From Octopus vulgaris (taxonomy: Eukaryota): DNA of 64,000 nt. Positions 24,291 through 37,556 of this stretch are shown here, piece by piece; position 1 is the first letter of the stretch, and every line of letters begins with the position of its first letter. The notes beneath the pieces were generated by a model that had not been told where the DNA came from, did not search any database, and worked only from the letters and a program-made list of their open reading frames with translations. The position numbers and the translations under genes were made by a program. Where the stretch lies: assembly GCA_951406725.2 (NCBI GenBank), contig OX597814.1:191270001-191334000 (forward strand). The letters are read 5' to 3'.

Positions 24291-25524
24291 TATCTCAGCT
24301 TAGTCTGCCCTACATATTCTTAGATATTTCACATATTGCTTTTGAATGGTGATTTATGTGTTGTGTTCCTGAAGCAATTCCGTTTTCCTCAACCGACCAA
24401 TGTACAGTCTTCTGAATTTAATTAATTATCCTTTAACATTACTATGACAAGCTTGGTGAAGACTATGCTTTGCTGATGAGGATAGAATAATACTCAAACC
24501 AGTCGAGAGTTGTCTCCCTTATTTGCTGTAAACATGAAAGTAATATTCTTTTCTACTCTAGGCACAAGGCCCGAAATTTAGTTGGGGGGTGGCAGTCGAT
24601 TAGATCGACCCCGAGTATGCAACTGGTACTTAATTTATTAATCCTGAAAAGATGAAAGGCAAAGTCACCCTGTGCAGAATGAAAGTAATATTAGGAATTG
24701 ATTCATATTGTTTTTTTCTTCACTGAATAATTATTTTTAATTAATTTTTTAATACTCCCTGCTGAAGAATAATTAGACAAATTTTTATCTGATATACCAG
24801 ATCTACTCCTATACATGCATCTATACTAGAAATGAAAGGGACAGCTCTGTCCATCTCCCTACATCCCAAGGACTTATTCCAGAGACAGAGCCAGGAAATA
24901 AGTCTGAAATTAGCAAGCATTAATGTTAATGGTGGTGCTCCAGCATGGCCCCTACCTCTGGTTGAAACCAATAACAGAATAATAGAATGAGACAGAATTA
25001 AGAAATGAATGGATTTCTTTCTAAGGAGTCAAATACTTGAACACTTACACAGCTCCTACTATTGTACCAATCTGTTTACATACACGATATTCCAACTATG
25101 TACAAAAAGAAAGTTTGGGCCACAGTCTAAATTACTACCTGCCTATATAGTTTTTTTGTAGTATTAACAAAAAGCCACAAATTTTGCGACATGATGATGA
25201 TGATGATATCTATAGATTTTGACACACTGCCAAAATATTTGATAAGAAATACTCCCACAAAATTAGAGAACAGATCACAAATTTTTAGTTGAATAGTTAC
25301 TTATTTGTGTTACTTGGCAGCCTCACAAGTGCTCACGTCCCTGTAACTTAACGGTTCGGCAAAAGGGACTGATAGAATAAGTACTAAGCTTACAAAGAGT
25401 AAGTCTTGGGGTTGATTTGTTTGACTAGAGGCAGTGCTCCAGCATGGCTGCATCCAAATGACTGAATCAAATAAAAGAATACAAATGCATGTAAGATGGA
25501 CTTCCATATAGTTTGTGTTTGTTT

Positions 25525-25755
25525 AGGCGGCAAGCTGGTAGAACCATTAGCACACCGGGCGAAATGCGTAGCCGTATTTCGTCTGCCGCTACATTCTGAG
25601 TTCAAATTCCACCGAGGTCGACTTTGCCTTTCATCCTTTCGGGCTCGATAAATTAAGTACCAGTCACACACTGGGGTCGATGTAATTGACTTAATCCGTT
25701 TGTCTGTCCTTGTTTGTCTCCTCTATGTTTAGCCCCTTGTGGGTAATAAAGAAAC
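25525..25755 (+). mobile_element. tRNA-derived SINE, family B
   Basis: GGCGGCAAGCTGG head, GAGTTCAAAT B box, TSD CATATAGTTTGTGTTT. Confidence 0.88.
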
Positions 25756-26394
25756 ACATATAGTTTGTGTTTAGTAATTCCACTCACAGAGCATTGAATT
25801 TATGGTAGAAGACACTTACCCACAGTGCCTTGCAACAGGATTGAACCTGAAAACTTGTGGTTGAAAAGCAAACCTTTTAACCACACAGCCATGCTTGCTC
25901 CTGGTTATTCCAATATTTCAGATTCTGAGCTAATTTCAACACTGTAAAAATTAAACATTATAATAGTTTGCTACTGTGCTCTAACTCGCTAATAAAACTC
26001 AAATATAAGACAATTACAAAGCCACAATAGCATTTAACAATTTTTTATGAAGGTATTTGGCAACTGATGAAGCACAAACAATGAAATGCTGGACATTACT
26101 GTGTATCATATATTGCCAAAAATGTTTTTTATTTGCATATAAAATATACATTATTAAAGTTAATTTTTGGCAGTTCTTATAGCCCTACTGCACATTTAAG
26201 TTTTATAGCAGTTTGTGTAGTTATACACAGTTTTTCTCTGCATAGACATCTTTGCTTTTGTCAGCTACAATAAATGTGCATTTATATGAGATAGCTAAGG
26301 CAGCAATTAATATTGTAAATTGTAAAAAACTTATTTTCAGTTAATTTTATCTATATGATGCCACTAAAGTACGTTATGATCACAAGGGACCGAA

Positions 26395-26594
26395 CTCTTT
26401 TACTTGTTTCAGTCATTTGACTGTGGCCATGCTGGAGCACTGCCTTTTAGTCGAGCAAATCGACCCCAGGACTTATTCTTTGTAAGCCTAGTACTTATTC
26501 TATTGGTCTCTTTTTGCAGAACCTCTAAGTTACGGGGACGTAAACACACCAGCATCGGTTGTCAAACGATATTGGGGGGGACAAACACAGACAC

Positions 26595-26637
<43 letters not shown>

Positions 26638-26820
26638 CATATATATACGTACGTATATACGACGGGCTTCTTTCAGTTTCCGTCTTCCAAATCCACTCAC
26701 AAAGCTTTGGTCAGCCCGAGGCTATAGTAAAAGACACTTGCCCAAGGTGCCACGCAGTGGGACTGAACCCGGAACCATGTAGTTCGTAAGCAAGCTACTT
26801 ACCACACAGCCACTCCTACA
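26395..26820 (-). mobile_element. tRNA-derived SINE, family A
   Basis: Full-length reverse-complement match to 4643-5040. Confidence 0.9.
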
Positions 26821-27414
26821 CCATGGATAATGGGTTGAAATAATTGCTACTATCATAGTTACAAGGCCTGAAATTTTGAGGGAAGATGTCTAGTCAATTA
26901 AATTGACACCAGAACTTGATTGGTAATTTCTTTTACCAACCCCAGAGGAATGAAAGGCAAAGTTGATCTCAGCAGGTTTTGAATTCAGAGCTGGAAGAAA
27001 TAAAAGACATTTTGTCCGGTGCTCTAACCATTCTGCCTATCTGTCATCCAACCTCTGGTTTAAATAACACAAGCTGTTTTACTCCATGGTTACAGGCATG
27101 GTTAGGGATTTAAGAAGCTTGCTCTACAACCATGGTTTCGGGTTCAGTCCCACTGTGCGGCACTTGGGTAAGTATCTTCTACTATAGCTTCAGGTCAACC
27201 AATGCCTTGTTAGAGAGTTTAGTGGATGGAAACTGTGTGGAAGCCTCTGTGTGAGTATTTGTGTGTGTGTGTCTGTGTGTGTGTTTGTCCTTTACCACAG
27301 CTTAACAACTGGTATTGATGTGTTTATGCCCCTGTAACTTAGCAGTTCAGCAAAAATGCTTGATAGAATATGTACTAGGCTTAAAAAAGAAAATGAGTTC
27401 TGGGACTGATTCAT

Positions 27415-27800
27415 TTGACTAAAAATTCAGTCTAATGACTTGCCAGGGTCATGACTAGAAATTCTAGCATGGAAAGCGGACATTAAATGATGATGATGAC
27501 GATGATGACGACAACGACAACGACGACGACAACGATGATGATGATGATGACTGGCCAGAGTCATGACTAAAAATTCAGAGTCTAATGACTGGCCGGAGTC
27601 ATGACCAAAACTTCAGTATAATGACTGGCCAGAGTCTAATGACTAAAAATTCAGAGTCTAATGACTGGCCGGAGTCATGACCAAAACTTCAGTATAATGA
27701 CTGGCCAGAGTCTAATGACTAAAAATTCAGAGTCTAATGACTGGCCAGAGTCATGAGTAAAACTTCAGGTCTAATGACTGGCCAGAGTCTAATGACTGAA
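27415..27800. repeat. Tandem array derived from a SINE tail (ATGACTGGCCAGAGTC / ATGACTAAAAATTCAGAGTCT units)
   Basis: Repeated 16-21-bp units inside a family A SINE 3' end, interrupted by a (GAT/GAC)n tract. Confidence 0.85.
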
Positions 27801-28414
27801 ACAAGTAAAAGATAAAAGAAGAGAGTGCTACATTGTATGCAATAATAAATATATTACATGTTAGAGGCACTAGTGTAGCTAGAGTGTGTGCCACCCGGGG
27901 CAGCTCTTCCATTTGCTGCCCTTGGATCCCACAAAAACACACACATATTGCCTACAGAAGACCCAACAGTGTCATTCCTTTAAAAGTGCTGCCGTAGCTA
28001 TGAGTGGCTAGAGGACCATCTTAACATCCTAATGGTGACTTGTGTAGCGACTTTATTTAAAGTGAACAAGAGTTGTTGCATACTGCTAGCCTCAACCTCT
28101 TGTCTGTGATCATCTTCAATCCAGTGGCAAGACCAAGACAAGGTGACTGGGGATGGAGACAGATGCAGTGGACGGCCAAACTGTCTTTCTTGTCTCATCT
28201 TACTCTCTGCATTCCACAATGTGTTGCTGCATGCACCTTCCCCTCCATTAAACCATGAAGGTTTTTTTCATGGAGGTCACAGATCCAGTCTTCTCATGCA
28301 TAGGTAAGCAAGCCCTTATATGCTAATTAATCGTAAGCCAGGACCTTGATAGGGGCTATTATGCCAGGTCAGAGCAGAGCTGAGCTAGGAACAATAGTGG
28401 CTAAGAGATGTTCC

Positions 28415-28833
28415 CTATTTCTTTATTGCCCACAAGGGGATAAACATAGAGGGGACAGACAGGGACAGACAAAGGGATTAAGTCAACTAGATCAACCTCA
28501 GTGCGTAACTGGTACTTAATTTATCGACCCCCAAAAGGATGAAAGGCAAAGTTAACCTCAGCTGAATTTGAACTCAGAACGTAACGGCAGACAAAATACC
28601 TATTTCTTTACTACCCACAAGGGGCTAAACACAGAGGGGACAAACAAGGACAGACAAACAGATTAAGTCGATTATATCGACCCCAGTGTGTAACTAGTAC
28701 TTAATTTATTGACCCCGAAAGGATGAAAGGCAAAGTCGACCTCGGCGGAATTTGAACTCAGAACGTAATGGCAGACAAAATACCGCTAAGAATTTTGCCC
28801 GGTGTGCTAATGTTTCTGCCAGCTCATCACCTT
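28415..28833 (-). mobile_element. Dimeric family B SINE
   Basis: Two tandem units joined at AAATACCTATTTCTTTACTACCCAC. Flanked by GCTAAGAGAT direct repeats. Confidence 0.85.
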
Positions 28834-29484
28834 AGTTAGCTAAGAGATATTTCCATGCTCATCTGACCCCTGGAACTTATAAACTCCTATGTATGGCACA
28901 CTGCTGTATAGTACAGTTTCCATCCACTAAACTCACTAACAAGGCATTGGTTGGCCTGAAGCTATAGTAGAAGATACTTACCCAAGTGCCACACAGTGGG
29001 ACTGAACCCAAAACCATGGTTGCAAAGCAAGCTTCTTAACCCCCTAACCATGCTTGTAACCATGGAGTAAAACAGCTCATGTAATTTAAACCACTGTATG
29101 ATATTCAATCAAATAGCAATGAATTGACAAACAGAGTATTGCAGAGAGAAGGTGAGAGAGAGAGAGAAAGGGAGAGAGAGAGAGACAGACAGACAGGCAG
29201 ACAGAGACAGAGAGCTAGCAGAAGCAGGTAGTGACTGCTGCTGTCTGCGAAGACGATCACACAATCTATAAATTTATTCAGAAGAATTTTCAGAAAATAT
29301 TTTCAGAGATATTGCAGTAATATGGCTTGTTTCCTGTATGAAAGCATTTATGAGTATTTAACATTCAAAGAATCATTTAATACAGACATCCCATGATTAC
29401 ATTGTGTTCTGCAGTTATATGGCATGATTTCTATTACTTGGAGCTTCTTATAATCTCTGTATAAATACATACATATATATATAT

Positions 29485-29544
<60 letters not shown>

Positions 29545-29659
29545 GTACTCACACACACACACACACATATATATACACATATATGTGCACACACACATAT
29601 ATATACACATATATATAAATGTATATATATATTTATATATATATATATATATATTTTTT

Positions 29660-30037
29660 CTTTTACTTGTTTCAGTCATTTGACTGCAGCCATGCTGGAG
29701 CACCGCCTTTAATCGAGCAACTCGACCACGGGACTTATTCTTTTGTAAGCCCAGTATTATTCTATCGGTCTCTTTTGCCGAACCGCTAAGTAACGGGGAC
29801 ATAAATACACCAGCATCGGTTGTCAAGCAATGCTAGGGGGACAAACACAGACACACAAACACACACACGCATATATATATATACATATATACGACGGGCT
29901 TCTTTCAGTTTCCATCTACCAAATCCACTCACAAGGCTTTGGTCGGCCCGAGGCCATAGTAGAAGACACTTGCCCAAGGTGCCACGCAGTGGGACTGAAC
30001 CCGGAACCATGTGGTTGGTAAACAAGCTGCTTACCAC
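29660..30037 (-). mobile_element. tRNA-derived SINE, family A
   Basis: Reverse-complement match to 4643-5040. Confidence 0.9.
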
Positions 30038-30117
30038 ATGTATAATATATATATGTATGTATAATATATATATATATGTATAATATATATATATATGTAT
30101 AATATATATATATATAA

Positions 30118-30633
30118 CTAGCAGTATCGCCTGGCATTGCTCGGGTTTGTAAGGGAAATAACTATATAAGCATTTTTAGAGAGTTACTTCCCTTATAGAT
30201 GCCAATTCGGGCTTTCTTAGCCATTTCTGTTTTGGTGTCTTCAAGCCATGAAGTTGTTGTTCTAAAAGAACGCTGGTCTCCTTGGCAACGCTTTACGACG
30301 TTAATTTCCTTACACTCCCTTCCCCACAACTTCACGAGGGAGGGAAGAAGGGGGAGAAGCAAACACAGGTGCAGGTGTTTGAGCGTGGACGCCAACTCCG
30401 CCGCCATCGACACACGAAAAATTATGCATTAAAATGGAATAAAAATGATGTTAAATTATTTTTAAAATCGTAGACTCATCGTAGACGCGCGCTAATACTC
30501 AGACGGGCTCGATATGAATCACGACTATAAGATACCCGAATTTGGTTAAACTGCACCGCAAAATGTGGGAGTAGTTAGGAATCTAAATCGAAGGGGACAG
30601 ACACTCACACAACTACAGTTTTATATATATAGA
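30118..30633 (-). mobile_element. Non-autonomous Helitron
   Basis: 5' TC, subterminal hairpin CCCGAGCAATGCCAGG, 3' CTAG, A|T site. Near-identical to 62687-63199. Confidence 0.85.
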
Positions 30634-30696
30634 TATCTATATATATAAAACTGTAGTTGTGTGAGTGTCTGTCATATACATATATGTATAATATCT

Positions 30697-31575
30697 ATCT
30701 ATATAAAGATGAGAATGTGTGTGTGTGTGTGTGTCTGTCTGTCTGTGTGTCTATCTCTGTGTATGTGTGTCTGTCTGTGTGTCTGTGTGAATCCCTAAAA
30801 CTTGAGAACTACACAACCGATTTCATTCAAATTTTACACATGCTTTACTTAGGGTCCATGTAGTGTCATAGGCCCCCCAAAATTTTAACTTCTTGCCTAG
30901 TGCGAGCCCACAACAATATCATATCTTCTCCACTATTTCAGTATTACGTCTCAAATGAGAAACAATAGCATCTCTCTATTGTAATGTCAGATACTTTCAC
31001 TTTAATACTGAAATACTGAAACTATTAAAGTGAAACTATTATCTCACATATATACAGGCATACATACATATATATAATATATATATATACATCTGTACAA
31101 ATGTATATATATAGATGTACTAGCAGTATAGCCTGGCTTTGCTCGGGATTAAGTTAGGATTATTAAGCTAATCAAACTCTTTATTTCAAACCAAACTAAG
31201 TAACATCGACGTCAAATTTGAGTGAAATCAGTTGAAATTGGTAAACTTTTGGCTGAAAATGAGTTGCAGACAATTTGATTGGGAAATCCCATAAGGAATC
31301 AGCTTATCGATTTTTTCCACTCATCAATTGTTTTTTCTTATTCATTTTTGCAGAACTTAAAGAATTCAAAGATCCCATGAGTCCTAAGTAATGCAGGCAT
31401 CAAGTTGGAACAAAAAACATCAAAATTGGTAAAAGTTATGGTTGAAAATGGGGTGTAGCCAATTTTAGCCGGAAGGCCTATAAGGAATCGGTTTATATAG
31501 TTTTTTTTTTATCCCGATTAAATGGAAAACCCCATCCCTTGAAATGACTAACCTTGTACCAAAATTTGAAACTAA
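30697..31575. mobile_element. Fragments of two further Helitron-like elements
   Basis: A TCTATATAAA..(GTCT)n 5' end near 30697, and a second minus-strand CTAG/hairpin end (ACTAGCAGTATAGCCTGGCTTTGCTCGGG) at 31119. Confidence 0.6.
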
Positions 31576-31713
31576 TATTTCCACATGGTCAGACATGTTT
31601 TCTCAGAAGAGCCAGAACCAAATGACACCGTTATATGATGGTGACACTCATCTACAGCTATCATGCAATCGCAAGACAAAGAGACAACAACTCACATACA
31701 CACTCATACACAT

Positions 31714-31801
<88 letters not shown>

Positions 31802-32479
31802 CCATCTACCAAATCCACTTACAAGATTTGGGTTGGCCGAGGGCTACACTAGAAGATGCTTGCTCAAGATACTATACAGTAGGAATGAACCGAGACCCAT
31901 GTATTTATTGCTCACTGGGTGATTGTGCTGTTGATTACACCAAATGAGGGAAAAACAAAAACGTACATTTTATCAACTAACCATATATAAAAATTACTTT
32001 CAGGTAATTTTCAACATAAACATGGATCCTTCTGGAAGCCAGTGATGGCTAAAAATGCTTTGTAGTTAAAACAGAAATGAGACGCAGAAACTTAAGCAAC
32101 AATATGCAGCATCAATGCAGAGTCAAACAATCTATAAAATATAAATACCCAAGTAATTTATTCTCTACAGTGACTGTGAACATATATCAGGCAAATAAAA
32201 TTTTACATGACTGATCATAGAAGAGACAGATTATGCATCCAAACAGATCTAAGTGGGTAGAGATATAGGCAGACTGCCAAAACTTCTAAATCAGGATAAG
32301 AAAGAAAGCAGACAACAAAACATATATCTGACAATGGCTAAACTAGTGTTAACATATTAAATACTGCAAACATTAAAAAGCCAGTGAATATGAAAAAACA
32401 AATAAAATTAGTTAGTGACTCATGATGAGAGAATTACTAAATACGAGATTTATTAACTAAATAAATGAAATAAATGAAT

Positions 32480-33160
32480 TCTCAGTTGGTTTTGTTGACG
32501 GTGGTTTTGATAATGTTACTATGATGATGTCGGTATCTATGATACAGGTTTCCATGATGTTAGTTTTAGTAAAGCTGGTTTTGACATTGTTGTCTTGATG
32601 TTGGTCCTGACAATGTTAGTTTTGACACTGTTGGTTTCCATGATGCTGTTTTGACACAATGTTATTTTGACAACGTTAATTTAGATGATGTCATTTTGAC
32701 AATGTTATTTTGACAATGTTAATTTTGATGATGTCATTTTGACAATGTTGATTTTGAAGATGTTGTTTTGACACAATGTTATTTTGACCAAGTTAATTTT
32801 GATGATGTCATTTTGACAATGTTAGTTTTGACAATGTTGTTTTGACACAATGTTATTTTGACAATGTTAATTTTGATGATGTCATTTTGACAATGTTAGT
32901 TTTGACAATGTTGATTTTGAAGATGTTGTTTTGACACAATGTTATTTTGACAACGTTAATTTAGATGATGTCATTTTGACAATGTTATTTTGACAATGTT
33001 AATTTTGATGATGTCATTTTGACAATGTTATTTTGACAATGTTAATTTTGATGACGTTATTTTGACAATGTTGAGTTTTGATGATATTAGTCCTGATGGT
33101 ATTGATTTTGATAATATTGATTTTGATAATATTGATTTTGATAATGTTGTTTTGATGTTG
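32480..33160. repeat. ~14-16-bp minisatellite (TTTTGACAATGTTA variants), resuming at 33650-33735
   Basis: Dozens of tandem variants: TTTTGACAATGTT, TTTTGATGATGTCA, TTTTGACACAATGTTA. Confidence 0.92.
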
Positions 33161-33167
33161 TGGTTTT

Positions 33168-33649
33168 CTTCATCCAATCAGGACTCACGCCATTAGCCAC
33201 AAAGAGTAATCTCTAATTCGAGCCTACTCTAAGCTACTAAGAATGTGTGTGTGGCAACTTGAAGATCCACCCACCACACGCGATAGACTGGTGGTTGCAC
33301 GGGCGCAAAAGCTACGTTGTTACACTCATTCCGTAAACGGTGGCTTTTAATGGGTGAAGAGCTGAACCATCATGGGGTACAGAGGATTCGCAATCTAGCC
33401 TAGGGTCTGAAAGTTTACCACACCATAGTGGGTTACACCATGATTCCTCTGCTACGTGGCAGAAATAGGAAGAAAGAGTGAGAGAAAGTTGTGATGAAAG
33501 AGTACAGTGGGGTTCATCCCCTGCTGCAGTCTTGTGGAGCTTAGGTGTTTTTGCTCAATAAACACTCACAATGCCCAGTCTGGGAATCGAAACCGTGTTC
33601 TTACGACCGCGAGTCCACTGCCCTAACCACTGGGCCATTGCACCTCCAC
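33168..33649 (-). mobile_element. Family C SINE head with a distinct ~290-bp tail
   Basis: tRNA head at 33649-33465. TSD TGATGTTGTGGTTTT brackets head plus tail. Confidence 0.8.
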
Positions 33650-34045
33650 TGATGTTGTGGTTTTGACAATGTTATTTTGACAATGTTATCTTTATGATGT
33701 TGCTTTGACATTGTTGATTCCAATGATGTTGTTATCCAATTCTTTGATTAACAGAATTGTTTGCTTACTTGTACGGTAAATTGCTGGGCATTCCAAAGAC
33801 ACTTGTGCAATTAATATGATTCACAGGTAAAATTAGCTGGACACACTATGTATCAAGTCTGGCCTTTTGAATTATAGGTACAATGTAACTGATGGGCTTT
33901 TACGCAGTTTTGCAGGACCCAGTTTCACTCACAGAGCCCAGATAAATCTGAGACCATGGTAAAAAATATTTTCACAAAATGCTACAGGGCCAGATCAAAT
34001 CTGAGATAGCTGTCACCTAACCAGATGTGGCAATCATCATGTATG

Positions 34046-34079
<34 letters not shown>

Positions 34080-34176
34080 TGTATGTATGTATGTATGTAT
34101 GTATGTATGTATGTATGGATGGATGAATGGATGTATGTATGTGTGTGCATGTGCCTGCATGTGTGTGTGTGTGTGT

Positions 34177-34227
<51 letters not shown>

Positions 34228-34966
34228 GTATACAGTCTTGGTTGAAAGTTTGGAGCATTTTTTAAAAGATTAAAATTATTTTGCCCAAGTAGAATTCAAT
34301 TCAAATATATACAATATATATATTTGGGCATTTAATATAAAAATTCTAATTTTCAAACATATGCTCCAAACTTTTAGCCATGACTGTATGTATGTATGTA
34401 TGTGTGTGCTTGTGTGTGTGTGTGTGTGTTTGCATGTGTGCATGTGTGAGTATGTGTTTGTGTGTGTGTTTGTATGTGCATATGTGTGTTTGTGTGTGTG
34501 TGAATGTGTGTGTGTGAATGTGTGTTTGTGTGTGTGCATGTTTGTGTGTGAGTGTGTGTGTGTGCTTACATACACATGTATGTGCATGGGTATATATTGC
34601 AGAGATGTATACGTGACGTGTGTATCATAAAGATGGCAGCAACATACAGGTGACTGGTTGGATGGATTCTAAGAATATTTAGAATAAGAGAATAAGAAGT
34701 TATGTTAGTTCTGTGAAGAACACTTGTCAGAAATCTGAATTATTGCTCCCAGCTACCTTTTCTTTCCAAGTGTTAATCTCTCTACTAAACTGGATGCAAC
34801 CCAACATTCCTACACAAAGAAGATTGTCTCTATGCTTCAGATGAGCTACTGAAAGATGTGGAAAATGTTGAAAATTTTCTCTCTAGTGCAATAAAAGAAA
34901 AAAGATATCCACTATTTATATTTAGTAAAGGTTTGAAGGTTTGGCAGCAATAGAAGTTCAGCAAGT

Positions 34967-35370
34967 CGCAGGAGTGGCTGTGTGGTAAGTAGCTTGCTTA
35001 CCAACCACATGGTTCCGGGTTCAGTCCCACTGCGTGGCACCTTGGGCAAGTGTCTTCTTCTATAGCCTTGGGCCGACTAAAGTCTTGTGAGTGGATTTGG
35101 TAGACGGAAACTGAAAGAAGCCCGTCGTATATATGTATATGTATATATATGTGTGTGTTTGTATGTCTGTGTTTGTCCCCATAACATCACTTGACAACCG
35201 ATGCTGGTGTGTTTATGTCCCCATAACTTAGCGGTTTGGCAAAAGAGACCGATAGATTAAGTACTAGGCTTACAAACAATAAGTCCTGGGGTCGATTTGT
35301 TCAACTAAAGGCTGTGCTCCAGTATGGCCGCAGTCAAATGACTGAAACAAGTAAAAGAGTAAAAGAGTAA
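34967..35370 (+). mobile_element. tRNA-derived SINE, family A
   Basis: Full-length copy flanked by AAGTCGC direct repeats. Confidence 0.9.
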
Positions 35371-35427
35371 GTCGCTGAACTGAGCAATACTGCAAAATGT
35401 CTATAATGTTTTATTCTCTGTTTTAAA

Positions 35428-35925
35428 ATAATAATAAAGAAATTATTGTATACAGTGCTCAGGTGCACCACAGCTTGTCAAAAGTGCGTATAAACCATAT
35501 GTAGTAATGTACAAATGTCTGGGAAGTGAACAGTGTATGAGTCAGATACATGCTTGTGTGTGTATGGAGGGGAGAAAATCAAGTGTAGTGTTGGCGAATC
35601 TCAGGAAGCATGGAAGTTTTGAAGGATGCAGTGCTCCGACAACTAACAACTGATGCCGGCAGTTTGTTCCATGCTTCAGCAACTCTTAGTGTGAAAAAAT
35701 GTTTCCTAAAGTCAAGGGAGCTGTGCTGTTTTCTGACTTTGTAAACACGTCGATGGGTGTTAGACAGGTGGAGTTTGAAAAGGTGCTCAGAGTTATTGTT
35801 AATGGTTAATAATTTTATGAGTGTCTACCAAATCAGCTGCCAGACGTAGTTTCAATGTGTCCATGCCCAGGGAAGTAAGGCATTCAGAATATAGCAAATG
35901 CCTGATGGAGGGTATTCTCTTGGAG
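35428..35925 (-). mobile_element. CR1-type LINE 3' fragment
   Basis: Reverse complement of 11005-11366 and of the CR1 ORF2 C-terminus. Confidence 0.88.
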
Positions 35926-36659
35926 GGTATTTATGCTAGGGCTAAAGAATAAAGATCCCCTCTGGGGATTGTGCCTAGAAAGTTACCCTCCAAGGCACAA
36001 GTCTGGGCAAGGCTGTTTATGCAAGACTAGCAATCACCCATATATACCAGTTTCCCCTCTCCATGCCACTGATGTTATACAAGGGAAAGGCAAAGGCTGA
36101 TACAGCTTGGCACCAGTGATGTCACAACCCATTTCTACAGCTGAGTGAACTAGAACAACATGAAATAAAGTGTCTTGCTTAAGAACACAACACACAGCCC
36201 AGTCTGAGAATTGAACTCATTACCTCATGATAGTAAGCCCGATGCCCTAACCACTCTCCTCCCTATGGAGCATAGTCTATCTACAACTCTTCTCCACTGT
36301 TTTTGCCTTTGGACAGTTTTTCCCACCTCTCCCCAGTTGGATCACTGCATCGTCTGTTCTGCTTTAGTATCATGCCTCATAAGTTTCCCAGGTCTTGTTG
36401 ACTTTGAATTATCATCAATGCTTCTGTAAGCTTCTGTAACTCTTTATTTTTCCTAGGTAGGGGTGTTGATCCTACGTAAACCCATTTTTACCCCTGGGTA
36501 AAAGAGGTTGTCCACATTAGTCTGGCTTCTATCCTTTGACCTGTCCAGTATGAGAGACCCTACCAAGAGCTTGCACTCCCCTAGCATAGCTCTTAGGGTC
36601 ACTGATGCACACAAGCCATGAAACCAAAACAAGAACTGGGACCTTGTGGTGGATGTTAG

Positions 36660-37500
36660 GTCTAGATTCTACAATAATATTGGATTCAAAGGACTATAGC
36701 TCTCTATAACATTCACTAAACAAAACATGAAGGATCTGAATGTTAATATATTCGGGCAACAGGTTTTGCTCATGAGAGCTAAGTTGTCAATATAGGGGAG
36801 TTTCCAAGAGCAGACAGTCTGAAACCTTTTGTTATAGTTTGGAGAACTGAGCCTTGATGTATGCCTATTTGCGCATTTATTTATCACTGAACTCATTGCT
36901 GATTCTCACCTGCTAAACATTTATTTGTACATAGCTTGTACGGCCCTCACAAACCATTCATCTACTCTTAGTTGCCTTTGCAACCACCAAATGAAGGGAC
37001 TCTATCAAAGCCTTCTCCAGATTGATAAGCAGTAGTTATAACCATGTATTTTCATGTAGTTGTCTCAGGGAATATTGCATCAGTAGTACCTCTTTCTGGG
37101 CCAAACCAAACTACAACTCATTGAGACTAATTCTGCTCCAAATCAGCTTTGCAGTAACCTTATCTCAAACATTCATAACCTCAGTCTTATAGTTTCCTCT
37201 CTTTACTGTATCCCTCTTGCTTTTATAGTCATCAACAATAATACTGCAGCAACAATATAGCACCATCCTGTATTATTTGAATGACTATTTGAATGACTAT
37301 CCTTTATCCTACTTCACCAGATGTTTTAAGCATGTTGGTGACTATCATTGATGGTCCAGCTGCTTTCTCCACTTTCATGTCCCTTATCGCTCTATCTACC
37401 AAACTACTGCCAACTTGGATGGCCGGTCCCTCTCTTGTAAGTAGTCTCTCTCTCTCTCTCTCTCCCATACATCCTCCACATGCAGTAATGTCTCATAGCA
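36660..37500 (-). mobile_element. Decayed RTE-type LINE RT remnant
   Basis: Contains the degenerate W.L.YADDL motif (WKLPYIDNLAL) and other RT-like pieces broken by stops. Confidence 0.55.
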
Positions 37501-37556
37501 CTTACATGCTTTTTTAGAGTGAGTCAGCTGTCATCATTCTATGTTCGCTTCTCCCC

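Noticed and set aside
27415-27800. CRISPR-like appearance of the short repeat arrays (also 32480-33160 and 46420-46640)
   Set aside because: There are no unique spacers or cas genes, and the context is eukaryotic.
30162-30413. Near-identical ORFs at 30162 and 62892
   Set aside because: They are incidental frames inside two copies of a non-autonomous Helitron.
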